DNA of 64,000 bases from TPA_inf: Saccharomyces. Taxonomy: Eukaryota. How positions within the stretch are numbered: the stretch's first letter is position 1; each line of letters starts with the position of its first letter. Both the position numbers and the translations under genes were made by a program. Of the stretch, positions 33,992 through 43,812 are shown in pieces. Under the pieces are notes generated by a model that saw nothing but the letters and a program-made list of their open reading frames with translations, had not been told where the DNA came from and did not search any database. The DNA lies in the NCBI GenBank assembly GCA_000146045.2, contig BK006945.2, positions 224,001 through 288,000 of the forward strand, read 5' to 3'.

Positions 33992-35401
33992 TTACACAGC
34001 CAATGGGTATTCGCCAGCCCAGTCGTAAATTTCCTTTTTCCAGGTGTTCAAAACATCAGAGCCTTCGTCGACCTTGGCTTTGAAGTCCTTTAATCTACAA
34101 GCATCCTTTGGCAAGCTTTGTTGAACTTGTTGAGCGAATTCTACAGCCTTGTTAATGTATTGAACAATTCTGTGGAAATCTTCTTCACCCATTCCTCTAG
34201 TGGTCATGGCTGGAGCCCCAATACGGACACCACCTGGAACCAAAGCAGATTTGTCACCTGGAATAGAGTTTTTGTTCAAAGCAATGTTAATCTTTTCACA
34301 AATGTATTCAACACGAGCACCATCAACACCCTTTTCTCTCAAGGATACTAGAACCATGTGAGAATCGGTACCGTTGGAAACTAATCTGTAGCCCAAGTTC
34401 TTAAATTCACTTTCCAAAGCCTTAGCATTCTTCAAGACTTGAGTTTGGTATTCCTTGAATTCTGGAGTGGCAGCTTGCTTCAAAGCAGTGGCCAAAGCAG
34501 CAATGGTATGGTTGTGTGGACCACCTTGGTGACCTGGGAAAACAGAGAAGTTAATTGGGTTTTCCAAGTCGTATAGAACTTCCTTACCGGTCTTAGGGTT
34601 GATAGATCTCACACCTCTTCTGAAGAAAATCATAGCACCACGTGGACCTCTCAAAGACTTGTGAGTGGTGGTGGTAACGATATCAGCGTATTCGAAAGGA
34701 GATGGGATGACACCTGCGGCGATCAAACCAGAAATGTGGGCCATGTCTACCATCAAGTAAGCACCACATTTGTCGGCGATTTCTCTCATTCTCTTGTAGT
34801 CAATTAAACGACAGTATGCTGAAGTACCAGCAACAAGAACCTTTGGTCTATATAGGATGGCGTTCTTTTCTAAAGTATCGTAGTCGATAATACCGGTTTC
34901 TGGGTTAACTCTGTATGGGAAAGATTCGAAGTATGTGGAAACAGCAGAAATTTTTCTGTTTTCAGTAGCGTAACCGTGAGACAAATGACCACCATCTGGT
35001 AGGTATAGACCCATCAATCTTTCATGAGGCTTCATAATAGCTTGATAAACCTGCAAGTTAGCAGGAGAACCAGATAAAGTTTGGACGTTAACACCCCATT
35101 TGTCTGGAGTAACATGGAAAGCTTTCAAAGCTCTTTGTTGACATAGAATTTCCATTCTGTCAATGTGTTCATTACCACCGTAGTAACGAGCACCTGGATA
35201 ACCTTCAGAGTATTTGTTGGACAATGGAGTTCCAAGGGCATCGAAAACGGAGGTTGAGGTGAAATTTTCAGAAGCAATCAAATCGATGGAGTGCTTTTGT
35301 CTTTCAATTTCATCCTTGATAATGGAGTCCACTTCAGGGTCGGTGTCCACCAAATGAGAGGTGATCAACTTATGATGAGCGTCGGATAGAGTGTAAGGCA
35401 T
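33992..35401 (-). CDS. SHM2: Cytosolic serine hydroxymethyltransferase (YLR058C)
   Basis: 469-aa ORF MPYTLSDAHHKLITSHLVDTDPEVDSIIKDEIERQKHSIDLIASENFTS... with the PLP-lysine motif TTTTHKSLRGPRG. Confidence 0.95.
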   Translation of the reverse strand: MPYTLSDAHHKLITSHLVDTDPEVDSIIKDEIERQKHSIDLIASENFTSTSVFDALGTPLSNKYSEGYPGARYYGGNEHIDRMEILCQQRALKAFHVTPDKWGVNVQTLSGSPANLQVYQAIMKPHERLMGLYLPDGGHLSHGYATENRKISAVSTYFESFPYRVNPETGIIDYDTLEKNAILYRPKVLVAGTSAYCRLIDYKRMREIADKCGAYLMVDMAHISGLIAAGVIPSPFEYADIVTTTTHKSLRGPRGAMIFFRRGVRSINPKTGKEVLYDLENPINFSVFPGHQGGPHNHTIAALATALKQAATPEFKEYQTQVLKNAKALESEFKNLGYRLVSNGTDSHMVLVSLREKGVDGARVEYICEKINIALNKNSIPGDKSALVPGGVRIGAPAMTTRGMGEEDFHRIVQYINKAVEFAQQVQQSLPKDACRLKDFKAKVDEGSDVLNTWKKEIYDWAGEYPLAV

Positions 35402-35622
35402 GTTAAGGAGGATTCGGTTTAAGCTGTTATGCTTTGCTATGGGGTAGTATCTTTCGTAAAGGTTACACTAGAAGAAGGAAAGATTACTGAACGCAAACTA
35501 AGGGAAGCAAGTTCTGCATTATATATAAAACAAGATGAAGAAGACTCATGGTTCGGTCTAAGATGATTATGAATTTAAAAATTATACAGAGTAAAAAGCG
35601 AACATGAGAAACCCAAGAGATA

Positions 35623-35678
35623 GAGTCAAACCTTTATGGTCAAAGCAACCTGAAAGGGTCATTTCTCACCAGGAGTCA
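35623..35678 (-). promoter_or_regulatory. TGACTC (Gcn4/Bas1-type) motifs in the SHM2 promoter
   Basis: gagtca at 35623-35628 and 35673-35678 (TGACTC on the gene strand), plus agactcat at about 35553. SHM2 is a known Bas1/Gcn4 target (established knowledge). The motif calls are by eye. Confidence 0.4.
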
Positions 35679-35737
35679 TGTTTCGTGTGTGAAATATTTG
35701 AAAAATTTCACTTCTTTTTTCTTTTTTTTTTTCTACA

Positions 35738-36547
35738 TTAAAAATCGGTGCGTTGTCTTTTCAAAGATGAGGTAGATGAAGATGGTGACTCCGGCTGTTC
35801 AGATCCGATTGACTCGACCGACTCTGTTTCCTGTGGTGGCTTCAAGTAGTTGTCCATGTACCATTGCAATTGAGCTATGCTCTCTTTGATATCACTATAA
35901 GCAGTGTGGGCAGCTTCTTTTTTTGGATTACGTGCTTGTAAAGCGGGATTGTGTCTGCGGGCAACTTCCATGATGCTACTGACGTCAACTATTCTGTAAA
36001 AGAGATGATCAATGACCTTGGGAAACTCGCGGACCATGAACAAGCGGTCCATATGTACACTATTGCCTGCCAAGACGCCAACGTTCTTGTCTGGGATGTA
36101 GCGCTGGATGTACTCGAGCAGCTCATCTTCTACCTGGGCCAAAGTCTTCTCACTTGCCAAAACTTTGGCGGTGAGACCGCTATTACCGTGGTGCTCAATA
36201 CACCACTCGTTCATTTTGTTCATCACCTCGGGACCATAATGGATGACGCTCTCATAATGCGAGTCTCCTTGGCCATCGGCCGCTTTGACGGGTGCCAGGT
36301 GTCCATCGGTGATGATGCAGCAAATCTCGATAATTCTGTCATTCACGTGGTCTAAACCGGTCATCTCGCAGTCGATCCAGACCAAGGGTTTGAACAGCTT
36401 GGTTTTAAGTTCGGGTGTTTGCGCCATTGATTGCAGGTTTTGGATGGTTCGAGGACGTAAGTACTGTGAAACGGATCTTCTGTACAGCGAGAAGAGGTTT
36501 GGGCGAGTGCGAGCTACGATTCTTGCCGGAAACAACAACCACTTCAT
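35738..36547 (-). CDS. REX2: Mitochondrial 3'-5' oligoribonuclease, DEDDh family (YLR059C)
   Basis: 269-aa ORF with a basic N-terminal presequence. The exonuclease motifs include WIDCEMTGLD and HTAYSDIKESIAQLQWY. Confidence 0.9.
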   Translation of the reverse strand: MKWLLFPARIVARTRPNLFSLYRRSVSQYLRPRTIQNLQSMAQTPELKTKLFKPLVWIDCEMTGLDHVNDRIIEICCIITDGHLAPVKAADGQGDSHYESVIHYGPEVMNKMNEWCIEHHGNSGLTAKVLASEKTLAQVEDELLEYIQRYIPDKNVGVLAGNSVHMDRLFMVREFPKVIDHLFYRIVDVSSIMEVARRHNPALQARNPKKEAAHTAYSDIKESIAQLQWYMDNYLKPPQETESVESIGSEQPESPSSSTSSLKRQRTDF

Positions 36548-36978
36548 CTTGATCTCTTCTGTTTATTTGTGAAAGCTCCTTTTCTTTTTTTTCATTTTCT
36601 TTGCAAATCGAAAAGTTCACACTGATTTTTTATTAGTTCTTTTAAGTGCCCAACTTGACAGGAAAAAGAAACACCCCAAAGGGAATACCAGTGTATGTAA
36701 GGCTTGAATTATACGTATGAGCATGCGTTTGATGGTTGTCGTCAGAGCCAGTGCTCTGAGAGTGTCCCAGATGACTACAACCCTTGTATAAAAGTACATC
36801 TTCTTGATTATTTATCACGACACACGAGGTGACCGATTATTCAGAATCGGTACCAAAAAAGAAAGAAAATTGAAGGAAATGAAAAATTTTCAATGTATTT
36901 CTCGAAAGCCTGGAGTTGATCAAATGTTCAAAAAATAGGGCAGAATAGCATAACACACATCAATAACACCGAGCCAGC

Positions 36979-38766
36979 ATGCCTACCGTCTCCGTGAACA
37001 AGCAGCAATTATTTGATCTTCTAGGCAAAAACTACACTTCCCAAGAGTTCGATGAATTATGTTTTGAATTCGGTATGGAAATGGACGAAGACACCACAGA
37101 GGAGGCCTTGAAAACCGGGGAGGAGCCGGAATTGAAGCTTGATATCAGTGCCAATCGTTACGATTTGCTTTGTATCGAAGGTATTTCACAGTCGCTGAAC
37201 GAATACTTGGAACGTAAAGAAAGACCTGACTATAAATTAAGCAAGCCAACCACTAAGTTGATCATCGACAAATCAACGGAGCAAATTAGACCTTTTGCTA
37301 CCGCTGCTGTATTGAGAAATATCAAGCTTAACGAAAAATCTTACGCTTCTTTTATTGCCTTGCAAGATAAATTACATGCCAATCTATGTAGAAACAGAAG
37401 CTTGGTTGCCATGGGTACTCACGATTTAGATTCAATTGAAGGTCCATTCCATTACAGAGCTCTACCACCAAAGGACATCAAGTTCGTACCATTGAATCAA
37501 ACCCAAGAGTTTACTGGTGACAAATTGATCGAGTTTTATAAATCTCCAGAACAGAAAAACAACATAGGGAGATACGTTCACATTATTGAGGATTCTCCAG
37601 TCTTCCCAGTTATTATGGACAGCAAAGATCGTGTTTGCTCCCTGCCACCATTAATCAATAGTGAACATTCGAAGATCTCTGTGAACACCCGTAACATTTT
37701 GATTGATATAACCGCCACCGATAAGACCAAAGCCGAGATCGTTTTGAACATATTAACTACAATGTTCTCACGTTATTGTGACGAACCATTCACGGTTGAG
37801 CCTGTAGAAATTGTCTCTGAACACAATGGCCAATCCCGTTTGGCGCCAAACTTCAACGATAGAATTATGGATGTCTCCATTAAGTACATCAACTCCTGTC
37901 TTGGCCTAGATCAATCCGCTGATGAAATTGCTCATTGTCTAAAGAAGATGTCGTTGCATGCCGTTCAATCAAAGGAAGACAAGGACATCTTGCACGTTGA
38001 CATTCCGGTAACTAGACCTGATATTTTGCACGCTTGTGATATAATGGAAGATGCCGCTGTCGGTTATGGTTTCAATAATTTGCCAAAGGGTGAGAAATTA
38101 TCCAATGCCAACTTCATTGCCAAACCATTACCAATCAACAAGGTTTCTGATATTTTCAGAGTTGCATCCTCTCAAGCCACGTGGGTTGAGGTTTTACCAT
38201 TGACCTTATGTTCGCACGATGAAAACTTTAAATTTCTAAGACAATCCGACAATGGTGATTTAGCTGTCAAATTGGCCAACCCAAAGACTTTGGAATACCA
38301 AGTTGTTAGAACCACTTTATTGCCTGGTATCTTAAAGACAGTCAAGGAAAACAGAAAACATTCCTTGCCAATCAAAGTCTTTGAAACCGGTGACGTTGTA
38401 TTTAAAGACGACAAACTAGAAAGGAAGGCGTACAATGAACGTCACTGGGCTGCCATCTACGTGGGTAAGAATTCTGGGTTTGAAATCATTCAAGGGTTAT
38501 TGGGTAAAATCATGCAAACTTTTAGAACAGAGTGGATTGCAGACTACGGTGCTGCTGCTTCTGGCAGAGGTTACTGGATTGAAGAAGACGATTCTGTGAA
38601 AACCTACTTCCCAGGTAGAGGTGCCAAGGTCATGTTCAGATCCAAAGAAGGCGCTGAGCCAAAGCAAATCGGCCACTTGGGTGTCTTGCATCCTGAAGTC
38701 ATGATGAATTTCGACGTTCCATTCGCTGCATCCTTTGTAGAGGTTAATGCCGAAGTCTTCCTATAA
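36979..38766 (+). CDS. FRS1: Phenylalanyl-tRNA synthetase beta subunit (YLR060W)
   Basis: 595-aa [71 protein letters not shown]... Confidence 0.93.
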   Translation: MPTVSVNKQQLFDLLGKNYTSQEFDELCFEFGMEMDEDTTEEALKTGEEPELKLDISANRYDLLCIEGISQSLNEYLERKERPDYKLSKPTTKLIIDKSTEQIRPFATAAVLRNIKLNEKSYASFIALQDKLHANLCRNRSLVAMGTHDLDSIEGPFHYRALPPKDIKFVPLNQTQEFTGDKLIEFYKSPEQKNNIGRYVHIIEDSPVFPVIMDSKDRVCSLPPLINSEHSKISVNTRNILIDITATDKTKAEIVLNILTTMFSRYCDEPFTVEPVEIVSEHNGQSRLAPNFNDRIMDVSIKYINSCLGLDQSADEIAHCLKKMSLHAVQSKEDKDILHVDIPVTRPDILHACDIMEDAAVGYGFNNLPKGEKLSNANFIAKPLPINKVSDIFRVASSQATWVEVLPLTLCSHDENFKFLRQSDNGDLAVKLANPKTLEYQVVRTTLLPGILKTVKENRKHSLPIKVFETGDVVFKDDKLERKAYNERHWAAIYVGKNSGFEIIQGLLGKIMQTFRTEWIADYGAAASGRGYWIEEDDSVKTYFPGRGAKVMFRSKEGAEPKQIGHLGVLHPEVMMNFDVPFAASFVEVNAEVFL

Positions 38767-38943
38767 TGTAATGTTCTAACAAAAATTTTTACTGATTTAT
38801 AAAACTTATATAGATAGATAGACACATATATATATCTATATATAGAAACACAACTAAAGTTTACCATGTTTTATATAATATTACTACCGCTACTGAGTAA
38901 ATGTTTAGCTTGTACTTAACTTTCAAAGACAGTTTTTTTGATA

Positions 38944-38978
38944 AACATCAGTACATTTAATAATACATCCATACATTT
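38944..38978 (+). promoter_or_regulatory. Tandem Rap1-like sites in the RPL22A promoter
   Basis: ACATCAGTACATTT (38945-38958) and ACATCCATACATTT (38965-38978), about 220-250 bp upstream of the ATG. Confidence 0.5.
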
Positions 38979-39193
38979 ATGTTAATTTGTTTTTCCTTTC
39001 CACCTCAGTGCGCTTCTCTTTTGAAAAAATCCTCAACAGGCCACGCGAACAAATCTTACCGAGAATTTCCTAAAATGTTTCAAACTATCATTTAGCTGCA
39101 TACAATATGTACATTATTAATTGAGATTAACAACTTTACCTGTACTTTACCGTTATCAAATTATAAACCACCAAAACAACAGATTAAGAAACA

Positions 39194-39948
39194 ATGGCCC
39201 CAAACGTATGATACTTTAAAAGGAATCCACGCCCGATTACGAAGTCTATGTTTTACTGTTATTGTAATGATTGATTGTACGCGAATAACAAGGAAGATAG
39301 TAAAACCAAAAAAAAAAAAATAAAAATGTACGAAACGAAGAAGCGTCTATGTGTTTAGTTGCTTTTCTGTATTTTAAAAATTCACTACTTGAACATTGAA
39401 CTCTATATCGACTCCCTTCTTTTTATCCGTTTCTGAATGTTTTTTTGTTTGAGATTGTCATATGTGATTGTTAATAGCAGTAGGCAACTTTGTGGTTTCG
39501 GGATTGAAAGAAAATCGTGAAATATTCGTTTTTTACTAACATTACTGTTCTGAAAATTTTTACTAATTTTCAATCTTTAATTTTTTTGATATAGACTTCC
39601 AGAAAGCAAAAGATTGCCAAGACCTTTACCGTCGATGTCTCTTCTCCAACTGAAAACGGTGTCTTCGACCCAGCTTCCTACGCTAAGTACTTGATCGACC
39701 ACATCAAGGTCGAAGGTGCTGTCGGTAACTTGGGTAACGCTGTCACTGTCACTGAAGATGGTACCGTTGTTACTGTTGTTTCCACTGCCAAGTTCTCTGG
39801 TAAGTACTTGAAGTACTTGACAAAGAAGTACTTGAAGAAGAACCAATTGAGAGACTGGATCAGATTTGTCTCTACCAAGACCAACGAATACAGATTGGCC
39901 TTCTACCAAGTCACTCCAGAAGAAGACGAAGAAGAAGACGAAGAATAA
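39194..39948 (+). CDS. RPL22A: 60S ribosomal protein L22-A, spliced: exon1 39194..39205, exon2 39595..39948 (YLR061W)
   Basis: Exon1 ATGGCCCCAAAC (MAPN) is followed by GTATGA. A TACTAAC branch site lies at 39534-39540, and the 3' splice site is atAG at 39593-39594. Exon2 reads [41 protein letters not shown]...EEDEEEDEE. The antisense 125-aa ORF (39577..39954) corresponds to the dubious YLR062C/BUD28. Confidence 0.9.
39206..39594 (+). other. RPL22A intron (389 nt)
   Basis: Non-consensus 5' splice site GTATGA. Canonical TACTAAC about 54 nt from the 3' splice site. Contains an A13 run. Confidence 0.85.
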
Positions 39949-40070
39949 ATTCATTAATATTATTTTAAATAGAGCATAAGTTTTGTATAATTAAAATCTT
40001 CTAAACCTAATAAATATGTTTAATGAATGATTCAATATCAAAAAAAGAAATCCATTGGGCCCTTAGTGCA

Positions 40071-40102
40071 TTTTTATTTTTTTTTTTTTTTTTTTTTTTT
40101 TT
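40071..40102. repeat. Poly(dT) tract (T5-A-T26)
   Basis: tttttatttttttttttttttttttttttttt between the RPL22A 3' end and the BMT6 promoter. Poly(dA:dT) tracts exclude nucleosomes (established knowledge). Confidence 0.85.
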
Positions 40103-40156
40103 CTCTTTCTGAATTAGAGTACATCTCATCGCAGGGTCTCTTTTTGCACGTTTTTG

Positions 40157-41254
40157 ATGTTGCTTATGAGACGCTTTGCCTTTTTAACTTCTTCAGTATA
40201 TTTTAAATATATACCAATTTATTCACAATATCATTACTCTTCTCAGTTTCCAATTAACATGAATCCTAAAAAAGTGGCCCAATTGCCCGTTCACAATAAA
40301 TCAACGCTTCCACCACAGGAAATAATCGATCTTTTTAAAATAACATTCTTAGAAGAGCTATATCCAAAAGATCAAGACAATGAAAAGTCACCGTTAACTG
40401 AACAAATACAGGCGGTAAAATCTGACCTTTATAACAGAGATTACAATGCTGCTTTCAATAACGACTCGAAAAGAATAGCATATTGTTGTCGTTGGTCACC
40501 GTCCAGAGCAACAAGTTACGCATCAGTATTTGCACATTTCCCTGAGCTTCTAAAGATTATCAGATGCGAAATTGATGACAAGGACTCAAATGTGCTCTGC
40601 ATAGGTGGCGGCGCTGGTGGTGAGCTGGTTGCATTAGCGAGCATATTCACTTTATCGAGAGATTTTTCGTCTAAATTTGCCTCTGCTTTGAAAATAGACA
40701 ACGAAGTAAACAAAAAGCCTAGAAATTTAAACATACAACTAGTAGATATCGCCGACTGGTCCACAGTTGTTGAAAAGCTAACAGCTACAATAAAGTCGAA
40801 ATGGCTATATGGTGATTCAGAAGCAGAGTCATTTAACGTCAACTTTACCCACAAGGACTGCCTACAAATGACAGAGCCACAAGATATCAAGATATATCAA
40901 GGCCTCGACCTAATAACTCTACTTTTTACTACAAATGAACTATTTACACAGAAAAAAGTGGAGAGTATAAAATTTCTGCAACGGTTAAACGAGAACTGTG
41001 CCCCAGGCTGCCATCTTCTCATACTAGAGAGTGCAGGAAGCTATTCTCACATTACCATCAACAACAAGAAGTTCCCAATCCAATTTCTTATCGATACTAT
41101 CTTAGTAGGCAATAGAAAGGACAAGGGAACGACAGGTCCATGGTCACTAGTATCCGAGAACGACAGTATTTGGTATAGAATGGACCCAAAACTCGACTAC
41201 TCGATTCCATTGGAAAACATGCGATTCTTTTACCGTCTTTATGTCAAGAACTAA
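40157..41254 (+). CDS. BMT6: 25S rRNA (uridine-N3) methyltransferase, Rossmann-fold SAM MTase (YLR063W)
   Basis: About 365 aa. The SAM-binding motif is LCIGGGAGGELVALA. The first ATG is 40154 and the second is 40157. Length recollection favours 365 aa. Confidence 0.75.
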   Translation: MLLMRRFAFLTSSVYFKYIPIYSQYHYSSQFPINMNPKKVAQLPVHNKSTLPPQEIIDLFKITFLEELYPKDQDNEKSPLTEQIQAVKSDLYNRDYNAAFNNDSKRIAYCCRWSPSRATSYASVFAHFPELLKIIRCEIDDKDSNVLCIGGGAGGELVALASIFTLSRDFSSKFASALKIDNEVNKKPRNLNIQLVDIADWSTVVEKLTATIKSKWLYGDSEAESFNVNFTHKDCLQMTEPQDIKIYQGLDLITLLFTTNELFTQKKVESIKFLQRLNENCAPGCHLLILESAGSYSHITINNKKFPIQFLIDTILVGNRKDKGTTGPWSLVSENDSIWYRMDPKLDYSIPLENMRFFYRLYVKN

Positions 41255-41455
41255 CAGGCTTTATGACGTTTTACTGTTCTCTTTTCATTGTTCTTTTCTC
41301 GAAGAGTTTAGAAAAATTTTTTTTCTTCTCATCCACACCGAAAAAATATTAATAAGAGAGTTGAAAATTCGATTTGGAATCAGAAATAAAGAAGGGGCCA
41401 CGATCAAACAAGACTCATTTCGAATAATTGTAAAAAAAAATTAGCACAAAACAAT

Positions 41456-42277
41456 ATGACCGTTCCCAGGAATCGTCCCATGGCACCATTTGGCACCATT
41501 ATCAAATCAAGAATAAAACAACCCCAGTTTTATTGGTTTATAGGCCATTTTTTAACCATCTTTAACTTTATACAATTTCATCTTTCAATCACGTCCAAAC
41601 AAAACCAATTGTCATGCTATAGAAGATCATTATTTTACATATCCGTTACATATGCCATCGTTCTTTACCAGTTTTTCAAAAGTGACCAGTTAAAGTTCAA
41701 TTTTACGCTTTTGCGCCAAGAGATGAAGAAATTGGATAATTTGCAGTATTTTGCCATGCTATTCATACTTTTTCTCTTATCACAGTTTAACATCATAATC
41801 AGCGGCTCGTTATACAGTCCCGTTATCTTTTCAATCTTTCACTTCCTGAACTATTTTAAGGAAAACCTTTTGCCATTTTTGCCTTTGATACCACTTAATT
41901 TGAAAAATTTGTTGAACTCCAAAATAACGGTATTCATCCAAAACTACAATGGATTTTTCTTACAGATGGCGCAAGTATTTGAGATTATCTGCGGCCTACG
42001 TGTGGGCCTCTTCTTAGTGCCCTTCAATTTTTTCTTGTTGTTGGTAAGAAGAGCAAACGTGTCGTTTGAGGTAGTGGGTACAATGTTGGCAGGACTAACC
42101 TATGTATGGTTTTTCAAATTAAGGTACCTACAAAGTGAATCTATGAGGCAGATATTTAAACAATATGTCCTTAGGTTGGATGCATATGTCAGCCGTACTT
42201 TGCCCCCATATTGTTCCCGTTTATGGAACGGCTATAAGAATTTCGTTATGACAGTGTTTTGGAAGATACCTGTGTAG
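41456..42277 (+). CDS. PER33: Pore and ER protein of 33 kDa, multi-pass membrane protein (YLR064W)
   Basis: 273-aa ORF with several hydrophobic helices. Length and locus match PER33. Confidence 0.75.
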   Translation: MTVPRNRPMAPFGTIIKSRIKQPQFYWFIGHFLTIFNFIQFHLSITSKQNQLSCYRRSLFYISVTYAIVLYQFFKSDQLKFNFTLLRQEMKKLDNLQYFAMLFILFLLSQFNIIISGSLYSPVIFSIFHFLNYFKENLLPFLPLIPLNLKNLLNSKITVFIQNYNGFFLQMAQVFEIICGLRVGLFLVPFNFFLLLVRRANVSFEVVGTMLAGLTYVWFFKLRYLQSESMRQIFKQYVLRLDAYVSRTLPPYCSRLWNGYKNFVMTVFWKIPV

Positions 42278-42372
42278 CATGCTCATTTTAAGTATATCTA
42301 AATATTATTTTGTATATACTCACACTCCTCTATAGAAAGCAAAAAATTTCAAAAACGTTTGAAAAGCTTTGT

Positions 42373-42918
42373 TTAACGATACTTGTACTTAATTTTAGAG
42401 TCAGTTTCACCCCTCCTCTCCCTTTTCATCTGCCTTTTGGATTTGGATTGTCCCTCATTAGCATTTTTTGAGCGATTATCTGCCTGAGTTTGTTGAGCGC
42501 CAGGCATGAACATGTTTTTGAGGCCATATAACTTGTAACCAGCATAGATGGGGCACAATAGTAGACACCACCAAAATTTGAATGTCCTGAAAGCTATAAT
42601 ACCAATGTTACCAAAAAGTGATAGATATATCAAATCAAAAAAATATGATATCAAATTTGTATTGTCGTTCAAGTCTATACCTTGTTTTACTACGCGATTG
42701 CCATCATATTTGGGCTTACCGGATAGCACAATGATATACAGAGCAACGAACATAGGAACGTTCAAAGCCACCAGCTTAATCCATTGGCCAATTGTAACCT
42801 TACGTGAAATGAATAGACGTACGATAGCCATTCCTAAAAACAAAGAGACTTGCTTGTATAAGCCCTGAATTATTTTTGCATTTGAACTAGCCTGTTTCCT
42901 CCCTGCTTTGCCAGCCAT
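42373..42918 (-). CDS. ENV10: Small ER membrane protein, SND2/TMEM208 family (YLR065C)
   Basis: 181-aa ORF MAGKAGRKQASSNAKIIQGLYKQVSLFLGMAIVRLF... with 3-4 TM helices and a basic C-terminus. Confidence 0.75.
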   Translation of the reverse strand: MAGKAGRKQASSNAKIIQGLYKQVSLFLGMAIVRLFISRKVTIGQWIKLVALNVPMFVALYIIVLSGKPKYDGNRVVKQGIDLNDNTNLISYFFDLIYLSLFGNIGIIAFRTFKFWWCLLLCPIYAGYKLYGLKNMFMPGAQQTQADNRSKNANEGQSKSKRQMKRERRGETDSKIKYKYR

Positions 42919-43168
42919 TCTACCAACACAAACTTAGACCACTGCCTTTGGTGTCTTCTTGAAGCCACACGTGAATACTACCTTTTTTTCATCTATTATC
43001 TTTTTTTAATTACGTTGAAATTTTTCATTTCAAAGGCGCAGAACGAAGGTCGACTAATTTCATGACAGTCGGTAGACGTGGAGAAAAAAGTTGATTGTTA
43101 AGCCTATTAAGTTCCACTGAGACAAAGACCCACAAAGCTAGCTAGCATTGCCGCACTTCTCCAGAACA

Positions 43169-43723
43169 ATGTTCTCCTTTGTCCAAAGATTCCAGAATGT
43201 ATCGAACCAGGCCTTTTCAATGGGAATTGTAATGGTTGTATTCATCATGGCATCCTCATACTATCAATTAATCAATAATAACGCGTTCTCAGTACCTAGT
43301 AATATCGATAACGTCAAAACTTTAATAAATGTTAGAACAAGTAGATATTTTGGCTCACAGAGAGGCAAGGCAAAGGAAAATATGAAAATTAAATTTGATC
43401 TAAATACAGATCTCACTCCCCTATTCAATTGGAATACAAAGCAAGTTTTTGTCTATCTAACTGCTGAGTATAACAGTACTGAAAAAATAACAAGTGAGGT
43501 AACATTTTGGGATAAGATCATAAAAAGCAAGGATGATGCTGTGATTGATGTGAACGATCTAAGATCCAAGTATTCTATCTGGGATATTGAAGATGGAAAA
43601 TTCGAAGGCAAGGATTTGGTTTTCAAGTTACACTGGAATGTTCAACCATGGGTAGGTTTGCTAACTTACGGTGAAACTGTAGGCAACTATACACTGACCG
43701 TGGAAAATAAAAACAAAGTTTAG
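43169..43723 (+). CDS. SPC3: Signal peptidase complex subunit 3 (YLR066W)
   Basis: 184 aa from MFSFVQRFQNVSNQAFSMGIVMVVFIMASSYYQL (N-terminal signal anchor). The track begins 7 codons upstream. Confidence 0.85.
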   Translation: MFSFVQRFQNVSNQAFSMGIVMVVFIMASSYYQLINNNAFSVPSNIDNVKTLINVRTSRYFGSQRGKAKENMKIKFDLNTDLTPLFNWNTKQVFVYLTAEYNSTEKITSEVTFWDKIIKSKDDAVIDVNDLRSKYSIWDIEDGKFEGKDLVFKLHWNVQPWVGLLTYGETVGNYTLTVENKNKV

Positions 43724-43812
43724 ACTAGTCTTTGCTCTCTCAATTTTTGTTAATTATTTACATGATTTTTTGATATATATGCAGTTGATTATACAATATG
43801 ATATATGCATTT

